This document shows, piece after piece, positions 1-9,211 of a stretch of DNA of 64,000 bases (position 1 is its first letter; every line of letters starts with the position of its first letter). The position numbers were made by a program, and so were the translations under genes. Location: the NCBI GenBank assembly GCA_050948885.1, contig JBMNER010000003.1:93826-157825 (forward strand), written 5' to 3'. Origin of the DNA: Bacilli bacterium (lineage in GTDB: Bacteria > Bacillota_I > Bacilli_A > RF39 > UBA660). The notes under the pieces are model-generated. The model searched no databases and was not told where the DNA came from. It was given only the letters and a program-made list of their open reading frames with translations.

Positions 1-723
1 ATAATTACATACTTTTTCTAATTGCTCTTTACTTGTATCAAAATTATATATTTCTATTCCATCAATATAAGGTTTACAGATTTCTAATATCTCTTTGATA
101 TTATTTCCATAATGATATGGATGAGCTAAAAAAACCTGGCCCCTATTCTCGTTAATAATTTTATACAAATCTTTTAATTTAGGCCATACTATACTCATAT
201 CTAAATAAAAATCAAAACTATTATCAATTGTGCTCCGTCTATAAAAATCACTAACACTATTTATATTTTGTTTTTCTAAATATTTTTTAGTTCCTTCGCT
301 TTCCATCATCATTCTAAATATTGCTTGATGGGCAAATTCATTACTTGGGTTATAAGTATTCAAGTTTTCTATAGCAATACCCTTTTTATTTGCTATTTCT
401 ATTAAAGCATTAAATATCTTCTTTTGACGCACGTCAATTGTTTGGTACTGTTTTTCAACTCATTTATTTATTATATCTAAATTGAAACCATAACAAAGAA
501 AATCAAAAGTCTTATTATTGACTATAGCATCGGCTTCTATTCCATATAATATAGTTCCCTTAAAATTGTTCTTGGCTTGATCTAAGTTATAATACGCTCT
601 TACTGTATTATGATCAGTAATAGATATGTACTTTACACCAGATTCTGAGCAAAGATTCAATATATCATTTATATCTTTTTTCCCCTCTAACGAACATTTA
701 GAGTGTATGTGTAAATCTATCAT
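1..723 (-). pseudogene. PHP-domain phosphoesterase interrupted by one in-frame TGA (460-462); its 3' end runs off the window start
   Basis: ORF 460..723 (MIDLHIHSKCS...) continues in the same frame for 153 more sense codons (VEKQYQTIDVRQKK...FLAHPYHYGNN...EQLEKVCNY); I translated this by hand from 459 down to 1. Confidence 0.55.
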
Positions 724-728
724 TTATA

Positions 729-1613
729 TCACCCATTAAAATTATAGCATAGGATTTCATAAATTATCTTAATAATTTTATTACAATACTCATCATTTTT
801 AGCAATATTCATTATATAAAAATGAACATAGCCATTAATTAAACACCATCTTAACTTTTTCTCGTCATAAAATCCCGTTTCTCTATAACCTTCAAGAAAC
901 AAATCAACCTCTTGCTTACTATCCATAAATTTTTGAGATGGTCTTAATATTAACGACCACGCAATATCTTGTTCTTTTAAACCCTGTCCCGAATATTCCC
1001 AATCAAGAACACCACTTATTTGATACTCACTCCATAAAACATTAGCATAATGAAAATCGCCATGAATAAATGTATTATACTTAAAAGCGGGCATATTAGA
1101 ATTTAACCATTCCAAAATTGGTTTTATTTCAGGATACTTACTTAAATCATCAACTATAGGTATATTGTTAATTTTTCTTAACTTAGCTTTTGGCGAACTA
1201 ACTTCCAAACTATGTATATATGAAAGCATTTTCCCTAAAGATTTCATATATTTCATACTTTCTTTCTTTTTATCTTCAAAACCTTCCAAAATAGTAGATA
1301 ACCTCTGACCATTTAATGAACTTATAACGATATAATAAAAATCACCTTTTTTGCCTACATCTAAAAGCTCTGGTATCGGTAAATTATAATTTTTAATTAA
1401 AGGTAAAATAAGCGCTTCATTTTTTATATTACCTTTTTCATCTCTTTGAATTTTTAAATAGAAATCAATGTTCTCGCCGTCTTTTTTCCCGTGGCATTCA
1501 AAAACATCATTCCACGCATGAGGATAACCTATTATCTCTTCTAATAATAAATCATTATTAAAAGAAATAGTATGTGGATCAATAAGGGGTTCACGCCATT
1601 TTGGAGTGCTCAT
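729..1613 (-). CDS. phosphotransferase-family kinase (APH/choline-kinase-like)
   Basis: HGDFHYANVLW catalytic-loop motif and DWEYSGQG metal-binding motif. Confidence 0.6.
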   Translation of the reverse strand: MSTPKWREPLIDPHTISFNNDLLLEEIIGYPHAWNDVFECHGKKDGENIDFYLKIQRDEKGNIKNEALILPLIKNYNLPIPELLDVGKKGDFYYIVISSLNGQRLSTILEGFEDKKKESMKYMKSLGKMLSYIHSLEVSSPKAKLRKINNIPIVDDLSKYPEIKPILEWLNSNMPAFKYNTFIHGDFHYANVLWSEYQISGVLDWEYSGQGLKEQDIAWSLILRPSQKFMDSKQEVDLFLEGYRETGFYDEKKLRWCLINGYVHFYIMNIAKNDEYCNKIIKIIYEILCYNFNG

Positions 1614-1840
1614 ACATAATTCTCCTTCCCTTTTTATTTTTTTATCCTTTTTTTATTTTAATTATACTATGTCTATATGAAAACTGTCTAGTTTAGTGTA
1701 ACTGATTCAATCGTTATAAGTAAAAGGTAGATTTTGATAATATGATTATAACTTTAAATGTTTATTCTCATCTTACCCCAAGAAATGAGGATAAAACAAG
1801 AAAACAAAAAATCCTTATTAAATAAGAACTTATTTACATC

Positions 1841-1867
1841 ATGGTCGGAAAGACAAGATTTGAATTT
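1841..1867. repeat. 27-bp degenerate copy (23/27 identical) of the tRNA-Pro 3' end at 7743..7769; putative att remnant
   Basis: atggtcggaaagacaagatttgaattt versus atggtcgggaagacaggatttgaacct. Confidence 0.5.
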
Positions 1868-1991
1868 AACTATACTTATTTGTTTTTTCCTTATTAAATA
1901 AGGGTTGTTTTTTCATAATTCCCATAAAATCCACTCTTTTTATTTATTGTGGAGTCATTCTGGAGTCAAGATTAATACAAACTAAAATAAT

Positions 1992-2243
1992 TTATTCTGC
2001 TATATTAATACCATATTTTATCAAAAAAATATTTTGCTCTTCAGAATATTTTTTTCTTTCTTTCATCGCTTCATTAGTAGCATGCCTAAAACAATGTGTA
2101 ATTTTCCTATATTTCATAATATCTTCTTCTGTTACAAATCCAATAAAAAGATTTTTGTAATCTAATTTTATGAATTTTTCGTTTTTCTTTAACATATTCT
2201 CAATTAAATTGCATAATTCTTGTAGCTTTTCATCTGTAGACAT
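1992..2243 (-). CDS. hypothetical protein
   Basis: ORF only; no motif recognised. Confidence 0.3.
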   Translation of the reverse strand: MSTDEKLQELCNLIENMLKKNEKFIKLDYKNLFIGFVTEEDIMKYRKITHCFRHATNEAMKERKKYSEEQNIFLIKYGINIAE

Positions 2244-2344
2244 TTTTTCAAAAGTAGCATCTCTTGTAGAAATTGACTTAATTCTTTTATTTACTTCAAC
2301 GTTTAAATGATATTTATCCTGCTTGATAAAATTTAATGAATCTA

Positions 2345-2674
2345 TTAATTCTTTTCTTTGGGGCCATTCAACCTTAGCATATATTTTTCTTTTTTTTGAC
2401 TATAAGCTCGTATTTGATTATACGAAAAATCAAGCAATGATTTTGGACGACTTAATGCAGTTGGAAACTCTTCTATTAGATATCCTTTACTATATAAAAA
2501 ATAGCACATAAATAAAAAGAGTTCACAATCTTTAGCGGCTTTATCATCTGGCGGCTTTCTTAGTTCTTTGAGTTTTTCAATTACATCTTGATTATCAAAA
2601 AATTTTATATTACAAGTGCTATTAATTAAATTATAATAGTATTTATAGTGATACTCATCTTCGCTAATATTCAT
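2345..2674 (-). CDS. hypothetical protein
   Basis: ORF only. Confidence 0.3.
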   Translation of the reverse strand: MNISEDEYHYKYYYNLINSTCNIKFFDNQDVIEKLKELRKPPDDKAAKDCELFLFMCYFLYSKGYLIEEFPTALSRPKSLLDFSYNQIRAYSQKKEKYMLRLNGPKEKN

Positions 2675-2718
2675 AATAAAAAATTAACGTAAATCAATCA
2701 TAATATCCCTCTAAATAA

Positions 2719-3630
2719 TCACATTATATTATCAATCTCTTTTGCTATCGCTCTAATTACAGGTACTGATACACTATTACCAAACTGCTTATATGCTTGC
2801 ACGTCATTAACAACAATTTTAAAGCTTTCTGGAAACCCTTGTAATCTAGCTGCTTCACGTGGTGTTAATTTTCGTGGATTTTTATCTTTTTGATTTATTA
2901 ATATTTCTGATCCATCCTTATAATATCTTGCTGATATTGTGTTAGTATAAGGTGATTTATGATCAAATAAAGAGTACCCAAACCCATTGCCTTTTGACAT
3001 ATGCTCTTTTTTCCTTCGTTGGTGCCCAGCCCATAGTTTATCTGATATAGTATATTTTTCGTCTACATTTTTATCTAAAATTTGTCCAACACGAGTAACT
3101 ATATAGCTTGGTTTTGGAAAGTTAAATTTCCTTCTCTTATCTCTAATAGCAACCATATATACTCTCTCTCGGTTTTGTGGGATACCAAAGTCTTTTGAAT
3201 TATATATTTGAAAAAAGAAATTATACCCCATCTTTTCAAATTCAGTTTTTACCATCATATAAATTAAATTATTATTGCTTGTATAAAATCTTTTCACATT
3301 TTCTAAAAAAACAACTTTAGGTTTATGCTCTTTGACAATCTTTATTATATCAAAAATAAATGTTCCCCTCTCATCTTCAAGTCCTTTTTTTAATCCAGCT
3401 TGAGAAAAAGGCTGACAAGGAAATCCCGCTAATAACAAATCATGTTTAGGAATATCTCTTGGTTTTATTGTTTTTATATCACCGTATGGTGTGTCGTTAA
3501 AATTTGCTTTATATGTTTCAACAGCAAATTTATCTATTTCGGAACTAAAGACACATTCATAGCCTAATTCTTCAAAAGGAATTCTAATTCCACCTATTCC
3601 CGCAAATAAATCAATAAATTTTACTGCCAT
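2719..3630 (-). CDS. DNA (cytosine-5)-methyltransferase (type II modification subunit)
   Basis: motif I FAGIGG, motif IV PCQPFS, ENV, QNRERVY; short target-recognition domain. Confidence 0.85.
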   Translation of the reverse strand: MAVKFIDLFAGIGGIRIPFEELGYECVFSSEIDKFAVETYKANFNDTPYGDIKTIKPRDIPKHDLLLAGFPCQPFSQAGLKKGLEDERGTFIFDIIKIVKEHKPKVVFLENVKRFYTSNNNLIYMMVKTEFEKMGYNFFFQIYNSKDFGIPQNRERVYMVAIRDKRRKFNFPKPSYIVTRVGQILDKNVDEKYTISDKLWAGHQRRKKEHMSKGNGFGYSLFDHKSPYTNTISARYYKDGSEILINQKDKNPRKLTPREAARLQGFPESFKIVVNDVQAYKQFGNSVSVPVIRAIAKEIDNIM

Positions 3631-3641
3631 TAATTTTCACC

Positions 3642-4319
3642 TCACTTATCCCAATAATTTAATACTTCCGGTATGTTTTTATAAAAATAATATTCAAAAG
3701 ATATCACATTATGATCCTTACTAAATTTAGTTTCTTTAATATTCTTTAACACTACTAAAATAATATTGTGCATTGCCATCTGTTTTATTTTAGCACCAGC
3801 TATATCTTCGTCAACAGTTAGCAAATAAATATTGGGTAAATTAGATCTTTGTACTTCTTCTACTACTTCTTGCCAACGTTCTCTTAAAGTTGTTTTCATA
3901 CTACCAACAACTGTCTTATTTCTATAATCATTAAAAGCTTGGATGCTAGGCAATACGGAATCTACAACTTTCCCTAATCCTAGTTTTTCAAAAGCTAATT
4001 TACCAATTTGAGCTTGCGAATCATATGAATAACCAAGTAATTCATATAGGGTATAAATTATACTTTCAAAAGTACTACCCGCTCTGCTCCTTCTAGATTG
4101 AGTATTACTTAACGATAATTGATAAATATATGGGTAAATTTTACCAGCATATGTACTAAATTCTTCATTTATCCTATTTCTAAATTCAGTTATATTTAAT
4201 TCTTTAGAAAAATCCTTTTCGAGATTATTTACTATTTCACTTAATATTTCTTTTGGATAATCAAATTCTAAACCAATTTGCTTTAATATAATTTCATTAA
4301 ATCTTATTTCTTGCTCCAA
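3642..4319 (-). CDS. putative type II restriction endonuclease partnered with the C5-MTase
   Basis: same strand, 11-bp gap to the methyltransferase gene, island context; family not recognisable by eye. Confidence 0.45.
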   Translation of the reverse strand: MEQEIRFNEIILKQIGLEFDYPKEILSEIVNNLEKDFSKELNITEFRNRINEEFSTYAGKIYPYIYQLSLSNTQSRRSRAGSTFESIIYTLYELLGYSYDSQAQIGKLAFEKLGLGKVVDSVLPSIQAFNDYRNKTVVGSMKTTLRERWQEVVEEVQRSNLPNIYLLTVDEDIAGAKIKQMAMHNIILVVLKNIKETKFSKDHNVISFEYYFYKNIPEVLNYWDK

Positions 4320-4537
4320 AAAACATCATATACTTCTTGTCTCAATATCATAATTAATTGTGATATGTTTTGATTTTTCAAATATTCTTTTATTAATTCT
4401 GAATTCTTCATACATACAAGTTCAACGGTTTCTTTTGCATTTGTTATGTATTTATTGCGTCCATCACGTATATAATGTGTAAGCTTTTTTTCTTCTTCAA
4501 TAGATAATTTAATATTTTCTTCCAACTTATTATTCAT
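4304..4537 (-). CDS. small hypothetical protein
   Basis: ORF only. Confidence 0.3.
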   Translation of the reverse strand: MNNKLEENIKLSIEEEKKLTHYIRDGRNKYITNAKETVELVCMKNSELIKEYLKNQNISQLIMILRQEVYDVFWSKK

Positions 4538-4552
4538 AACTACCTCCTATAT

Positions 4553-4894
4553 TTAAATTTTTTTAATAAAATCTATTATTTTTATTAGGGTTTTCTTACT
4601 TGGTATTTCTCTATACTTCTTATAATAATATTCCTTAATATTTTCCATTAATTCTTTAGCTTCTTTATCAATATCCAAACCTTTTTCAAAATCAGGAGCT
4701 AATCCTAATAAATCTCTAACATCTATTTTGTAATAGTCAGCTATTTTTTCAAGAGTATAAAATTCAGGATATGACATCCCTGTTTCATAATTACCATATG
4801 CTGATCTTTTAATATTTAACTCTTCAGCGAGTTTATACTGACTAACACCTTTTAGTTCACGCATTTTTTTCAAATTTGAAGCTAATTTATCCAT
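4553..4894 (-). CDS. XRE-family helix-turn-helix transcriptional regulator (controller or repressor-like)
   Basis: LKKMRELKGVSQYKLAEELNIKRSAYGNYETG is a Cro/C1-type HTH. Confidence 0.7.
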   Translation of the reverse strand: MDKLASNLKKMRELKGVSQYKLAEELNIKRSAYGNYETGMSYPEFYTLEKIADYYKIDVRDLLGLAPDFEKGLDIDKEAKELMENIKEYYYKKYREIPSKKTLIKIIDFIKKI

Positions 4895-5036
4895 ACCCTA
4901 TTACCTCCATATACATTATAAAACATATTGCAAAAAAAGACAATTAATTTTGTCTTTTATATTGCAAATTAATTTGTCCGTGTTATTGTGATTATAGGCA
5001 AATAAGATTGTCTATAATTTAAAAGGAGGTATTACT

Positions 5037-5216
5037 ATGAACGAAAATCAAAAAGTTTTTAACTGCAACGATGTCATGAAAATATTAAGATGTAAAAAGA
5101 GTAAAGCCTACGAAATTATTAAAGTATTAGATTATGAATTAAAAGAAAAAGGTTATTTGACAGTTAACGGTAAAATACCCAGCAGTTATTTATTTTATAG
5201 ATTAAATATTCAATAA
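5037..5216 (+). CDS. excisionase-like small DNA-binding protein (Xis-like)
   Basis: 59 aa, good RBS (aaaggagg), lies just upstream of the integrase remnant; putative HTH (VMKILRCKKSKAYEIIK). Confidence 0.45.
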   Translation: MNENQKVFNCNDVMKILRCKKSKAYEIIKVLDYELKEKGYLTVNGKIPSSYLFYRLNIQ

Positions 5217-5306
5217 TATTTAATCTTCTTGATATAAACCAATAATTAGATATTAAAGATAACGAGATGTTTTTATTTAACCAAAACAAATCACAAAAGA
5301 AGGAGG

Positions 5307-5650
5307 ATGGTGTTAATGCCTATTAAAAAAATGCATAATGGTACATATAAAGTAGATGTATCTTTAGGATCTGATCAATTATCTAACAAAAGAAAAAGTG
5401 TTGACAATCCAACCAAAGGAAACTCTTAGAAGAAATTTTAAATATTATCAAAGAATGGCAGGTTCAAAGGATATTAGATTACATAACTTAAGACATTCAC
5501 ATGTAGCATTATTAATAAATCTAGGACGAGATCCCTAACTATTAAAAAGCGATTAGGTCATTCTGATATTACTATTACTTTAAACACCTATGGACACCTT
5601 TATGATGATGCACAAAAGAAGTTAGCGGATAAATTGGATGAAATATAAAA
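5307..5650 (+). pseudogene. tyrosine recombinase (integrase) remnant with internal deletion and stops
   Basis: the N-terminal piece MPIKKMHNGTYKVDVSLG...KRKS is joined directly to C-terminal catalytic fragments LRHSHVALLINLG and HSDITITLNTYGHLYDD, in different frames with stops. Confidence 0.55.
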
Positions 5651-5654
5651 AGTG

Positions 5655-7557
5655 TTATGCGCTTTCTTTTTTATACTCAAACATTTTTTTGATAATACAA
5701 ATTTCATAATCCAAATCATCAATTGAAACATTAGCTGCAAAATTAAAAGGTTGTATTTGATCATAATAATGACCGTTTTGATTTAACATCACTTTCATTT
5801 GCATTAATTTAGTCCTATCAACTTCAGGATAACAATTTATTTTAGGAGTTTTCCCTTTAGGATATAAATAATCAATCTTTGCTCCAAAAGTTTCCTTTTT
5901 AGTTAATTCACACAGAATATCTTTATTATCCTTAAACGCTTCATAGAATTTCTTCTCAATCCAAACCCGTATACCAATAATTAATAAAATTTTTATATAA
6001 ATCATTTCTTCAAAATTTTTTTCAATATAATCACTAGCATCAAAAGAATCTATCATTTCAACAAAATACTCATTTGTTAAATCAACATAATCTGAACCTA
6101 CTTTAAACCTAAAGGTAAAGGGACTATCATAATGAAAAACCTTGTGTCCTTTATAATTTTTGTCTTCCAATTCCCTTGATACTAAGAGCAACAAGTATTT
6201 ATCTTTGTCGTATTTTTTTATGATGTTTAAAATACCATAATCACTTGTACTTATTTTCTTTATGTATCGCACGCCCTTATAAACATCAAAATATTTTAAA
6301 TTGAATAACCACTTTAGTTGAGAATTTAATATATTAATTGTTTCAATATTGTGTGTAAAAACATGGACTTTATTTTCTTTTGTCAGGGATGCTATTTCAT
6401 ACATTATTTTATATTGGTTCGTCATATCAAAACTACTTATCGGATCATCAATAACTAAAATATCTTTATTATTAATTCTAAACCCGTATAACTTAACAAT
6501 AATTAAAAGTAAGTTAATTTCACCCGTACTATAACTATCTATTTTCCTTCCCTTTTTCGGAATAAACTCAATTTGATAGTTTTCATCATCAAAAATAATT
6601 TCTTTAAAATCAAATTTTTTGTTTATATAACCTTTAATCAAAGTCTCTTCAGCTTTTAAGACTTTATATTGTTCTTCCTTTACACTTAATAATTTTTTAA
6701 TTTTATTAGTTAGTTTAGAAATTTCTTTATATGCTTTTTCAAACAATTTACGGTTATCCTGATTACCATTACATAAAAAATAATCCAAAATTTCTTTATT
6801 ATCCATTGATTTAACAGTCTTAACTATATTATTTAAAATCTCCGCGTGCCTTTTATTAGTCTTATCAAAATTAAATCCAGCAAATAGATTATCTTTAATT
6901 TCTGAGAGTTTTTCCATTTTGGTAGTTATAATTGCCAAAATTTTTTTACCGGTAGTCCCACATACTGGGCATTCATCAGTTTCTTCATCAACAATTTTTA
7001 ACAAATTATCTAGCGTTTTTTAAATATACACTTTTTAGATTGTTTATTTCTTCTTCTACATTACTCACTCCTTTTATCCTTTTATAGTTTTTTACAGTAC
7101 AATTGATATAATCTGATGGAATATTTTGGTTTATTTCATTTAATCTTTCCTTACTCAATGTAAAACTATCTATTTGTTTTGATGATTGAATCTCTTCAAA
7201 TAAGATATCTATTTGTTTAGCAACTGTTGCATTAATGCCAGCTTGTTTAAACTGTGAATCGATTGATAAATCTTGTTGAATTATTTTAAGGTGATTTTGT
7301 AAATTTTCAATTTCTGCAACTTTAGCTGCTATTACTATACTACCCTTTATTTTTATAAAATCTTCCTTCATTCTATCAACATCAAAGTAATCTATTCTAT
7401 TTGAAAAATCACTATTGACAATGTAATTATAAATACTGGTTTTACCTATTCCATTGTAACCAAAATAAACAGTCGAATCCTCTTCAAGATTGATATTAAA
7501 ATCTGAATCAAATTTTAAGTATTTTAAATTATCATTTAAAACTTTACTATCAAACAT
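5655..7557 (-). pseudogene. SMC/Rad50-like ABC ATPase (about 630 aa if joined) split by a frameshift in a homopolymer (T6 at 7006..7011)
   Basis: N-terminal part has Walker A GYNGIGKTS. C-terminal part has a CPVCG zinc-hook-like motif, signature-like YSTGEINLL, Walker B ILVIDDPISSFD and H-loop VFTHN. Removing one A restores SVYLK-TLDNLLKIVDEE. Confidence 0.55.
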
Positions 7558-7705
7558 AATCTCACATCCTTAAATAAAAACAGCAGCACAAATTTCTTTG
7601 TACTGCTTCACAATTTAACTATAACACCATTCAATAACTTTTGCAAATATATTTCGGCAAAATTCTGCATCCTAGAGTCAAGACTGGAGTCATTTTCATT
7701 TTGAC

Positions 7706-7733
7706 ATTAAAAAACCCTTGTATTACAAGGGTT
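7706..7733 (-). terminator. rho-independent terminator after the tRNA-Pro..Asp cluster
   Basis: hairpin aacccttgtaatacaagggtt followed by a U-run on the minus strand. Confidence 0.45.
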
Positions 7734-7743
7734 AATTTACTTA

Positions 7744-7820
7744 TGGTCGGGAAGACAGGATTTGAACCTGCAACCCCCTGGTCCCAAACCAGGTGCACTG
7801 CCAAGTTGTGCTACTTCCCG
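7744..7820 (-). tRNA. tRNA-Pro (anticodon TGG)
   Basis: cloverleaf read by hand; starts CGGGAAG, ends CCA. Confidence 0.85.
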
Positions 7821-7823
7821 TAA

Positions 7824-7900
7824 TGGCGCGCCCGATAGGAGTCGAACCCATAACCTTTTGATCCGTAGTCAAACGCTCTATCCAATTGAGCTACGGGCGC
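7824..7900 (-). tRNA. tRNA-Arg (anticodon ACG)
   Basis: GCGCCCGTAGCTCAATTGGATAGAGC...; anticodon loop cuACGga. Confidence 0.85.
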
Positions 7901-7946
7901 ATTATATACATTATTTGATATTATATTATATGCATTTATATAAGAA

Positions 7947-8022
7947 TGGTGGCTTCGGACGGAATCGAACCGCCGACACAAGGATTTTCAGTCCTTTGCT
8001 CTACCGACTGAGCTACGAAGCC
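7947..8022 (-). tRNA. tRNA-Phe (anticodon GAA)
   Basis: GGCTTCGTAGCTCAGTCGGTAGAGC...; anticodon loop cuGAAaa. Confidence 0.85.
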
Positions 8023-8025
8023 TCT

Positions 8026-8100
8026 TGGCGGTTCCGACGGGAATTGAACCCGCGATCTTCTGCGTGACAGGCAGACGTGTTAACCACTACACTACGGAAC
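8026..8100 (-). tRNA. tRNA-Asp (anticodon GTC)
   Basis: acceptor ggttccg/cggaacc; anticodon loop cuGTCac. Confidence 0.8.
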
Positions 8101-8175
8101 CCTCAACTTATTTAATTAATTGCCTTTATAGTATACTAGATATAGGTGGTTTTTGTCAATATGTTATACCTATAA

Positions 8176-9027
8176 TTAAGCATCATTATCAATATTAGTT
8201 TGACTCAAAAAACGATAAGAGATTAGAAAAGATATTATTAAAGCCATAATATTTAGAATATCTTTAAAAGTATAACTTAAACCCGGATATATTGCCGCAA
8301 TTGACCCTAGAACAAACCCTAAAATAAAACTATAAGTAGTGCGATAATGATTATCTAATAGATATTTTATTAATTTCACCATTACTACCGCTCCCATAAT
8401 CACACCTAGTAATACGGGGATTAACTCAATCATTTCTTGTTTTGTTAAGGTGAAAACATTTGCAATAATATGTAAAAAGTACTGATACATCCCTATTAAC
8501 ATGAGCATAAATGAGCTACTAATACCCGGTATAATTTTACCTGATATATAGATAAAACCAGTGAAAAATAGTAATATATTAGCAATAATACCCCCATCTA
8601 ACTTAGCCGCAATATTAATATCAATTATATTCTTACCAAGAACAAAAATGCCCATTGATACTAAGAAAGAAATCAAGAACACTACTACATTTAACCCTTT
8701 GGCATCTCTTTCTTTCATTTTTAAAAAAAGAACCGGTAAACTACCAAGAATTAAGCCCATAAAAATAAAACATAATTCAGCATGATATTCATAGAAAAAA
8801 TAATTTAGCATTTTACCAAATAAAATAATGCCTATAATAACCCCTATAAAAATAGGCATAAGATAAGAGATATGTTTCTTCCAATCAGCAAAGAAATTTG
8901 TTAGCGCGTGTATCATGTTTTCATAGATACCAAAGATAATCGCTAAAACACCGCCACTTACTCCCGGTAAAATCATCCCCGCCCCAATAATAATTCCCGC
9001 TATCACCAATTTAAGCTTTTTCATCAT
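8176..9027 (-). CDS. DUF368-family polytopic membrane protein (candidate undecaprenyl-phosphate recycling protein)
   Basis: two internal repeats with PGVSGG and PGISSS motifs; about 8 transmembrane segments. Confidence 0.55.
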   Translation of the reverse strand: MMKKLKLVIAGIIIGAGMILPGVSGGVLAIIFGIYENMIHALTNFFADWKKHISYLMPIFIGVIIGIILFGKMLNYFFYEYHAELCFIFMGLILGSLPVLFLKMKERDAKGLNVVVFLISFLVSMGIFVLGKNIIDINIAAKLDGGIIANILLFFTGFIYISGKIIPGISSSFMLMLIGMYQYFLHIIANVFTLTKQEMIELIPVLLGVIMGAVVMVKLIKYLLDNHYRTTYSFILGFVLGSIAAIYPGLSYTFKDILNIMALIISFLISYRFLSQTNIDNDA

Positions 9028-9211
9028 TAATAATCTCCCTATCGCCTAACCTTTATTTCTTTTTGATATTTATATCCTTACTTTATTAATTATACCATTT
9101 ATTAAGGTAATTTTATAAACAAAGAAATTATTATTAATTTTATATGTTAAAAGAAAGAATATATACAAAAAATTACCAATACTGGTAATTTTAAAGGCTA
9201 ATATTTTTTGT

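Larger units (their letters stand above)
1841..7820. mobile_element. degenerate integrative element (genomic island) inserted at tRNA-Pro
   Basis: bounded by a full tRNA-Pro and a partial direct repeat of its 3' end; cargo is an R-M system, HTH regulator, Xis-like gene, internally deleted integrase and SMC-like ATPase. Confidence 0.5.

Noticed and set aside
6349-6534. Small antisense ORFs inside larger genes (6349..6534, 8561..8785, 16841..17074, 19216..19413, 22926..23168, 24822..25028, 29913..30149, 30910..31220, 32734..33009, 34495..34749, 35735..35953, 44317..45257, 45473..45745, 46376..46678, 54767..54995, 56381..56566, 57819..58147)
   Set aside because: They are embedded antisense or out of frame within well-supported genes; AT-rich sequence generates such ORFs by chance.
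7641-8067. ORF-track entries 7641..7823 and 7762..8067 (plus strand)
   Set aside because: They lie on top of the four minus-strand tRNA genes; spurious.
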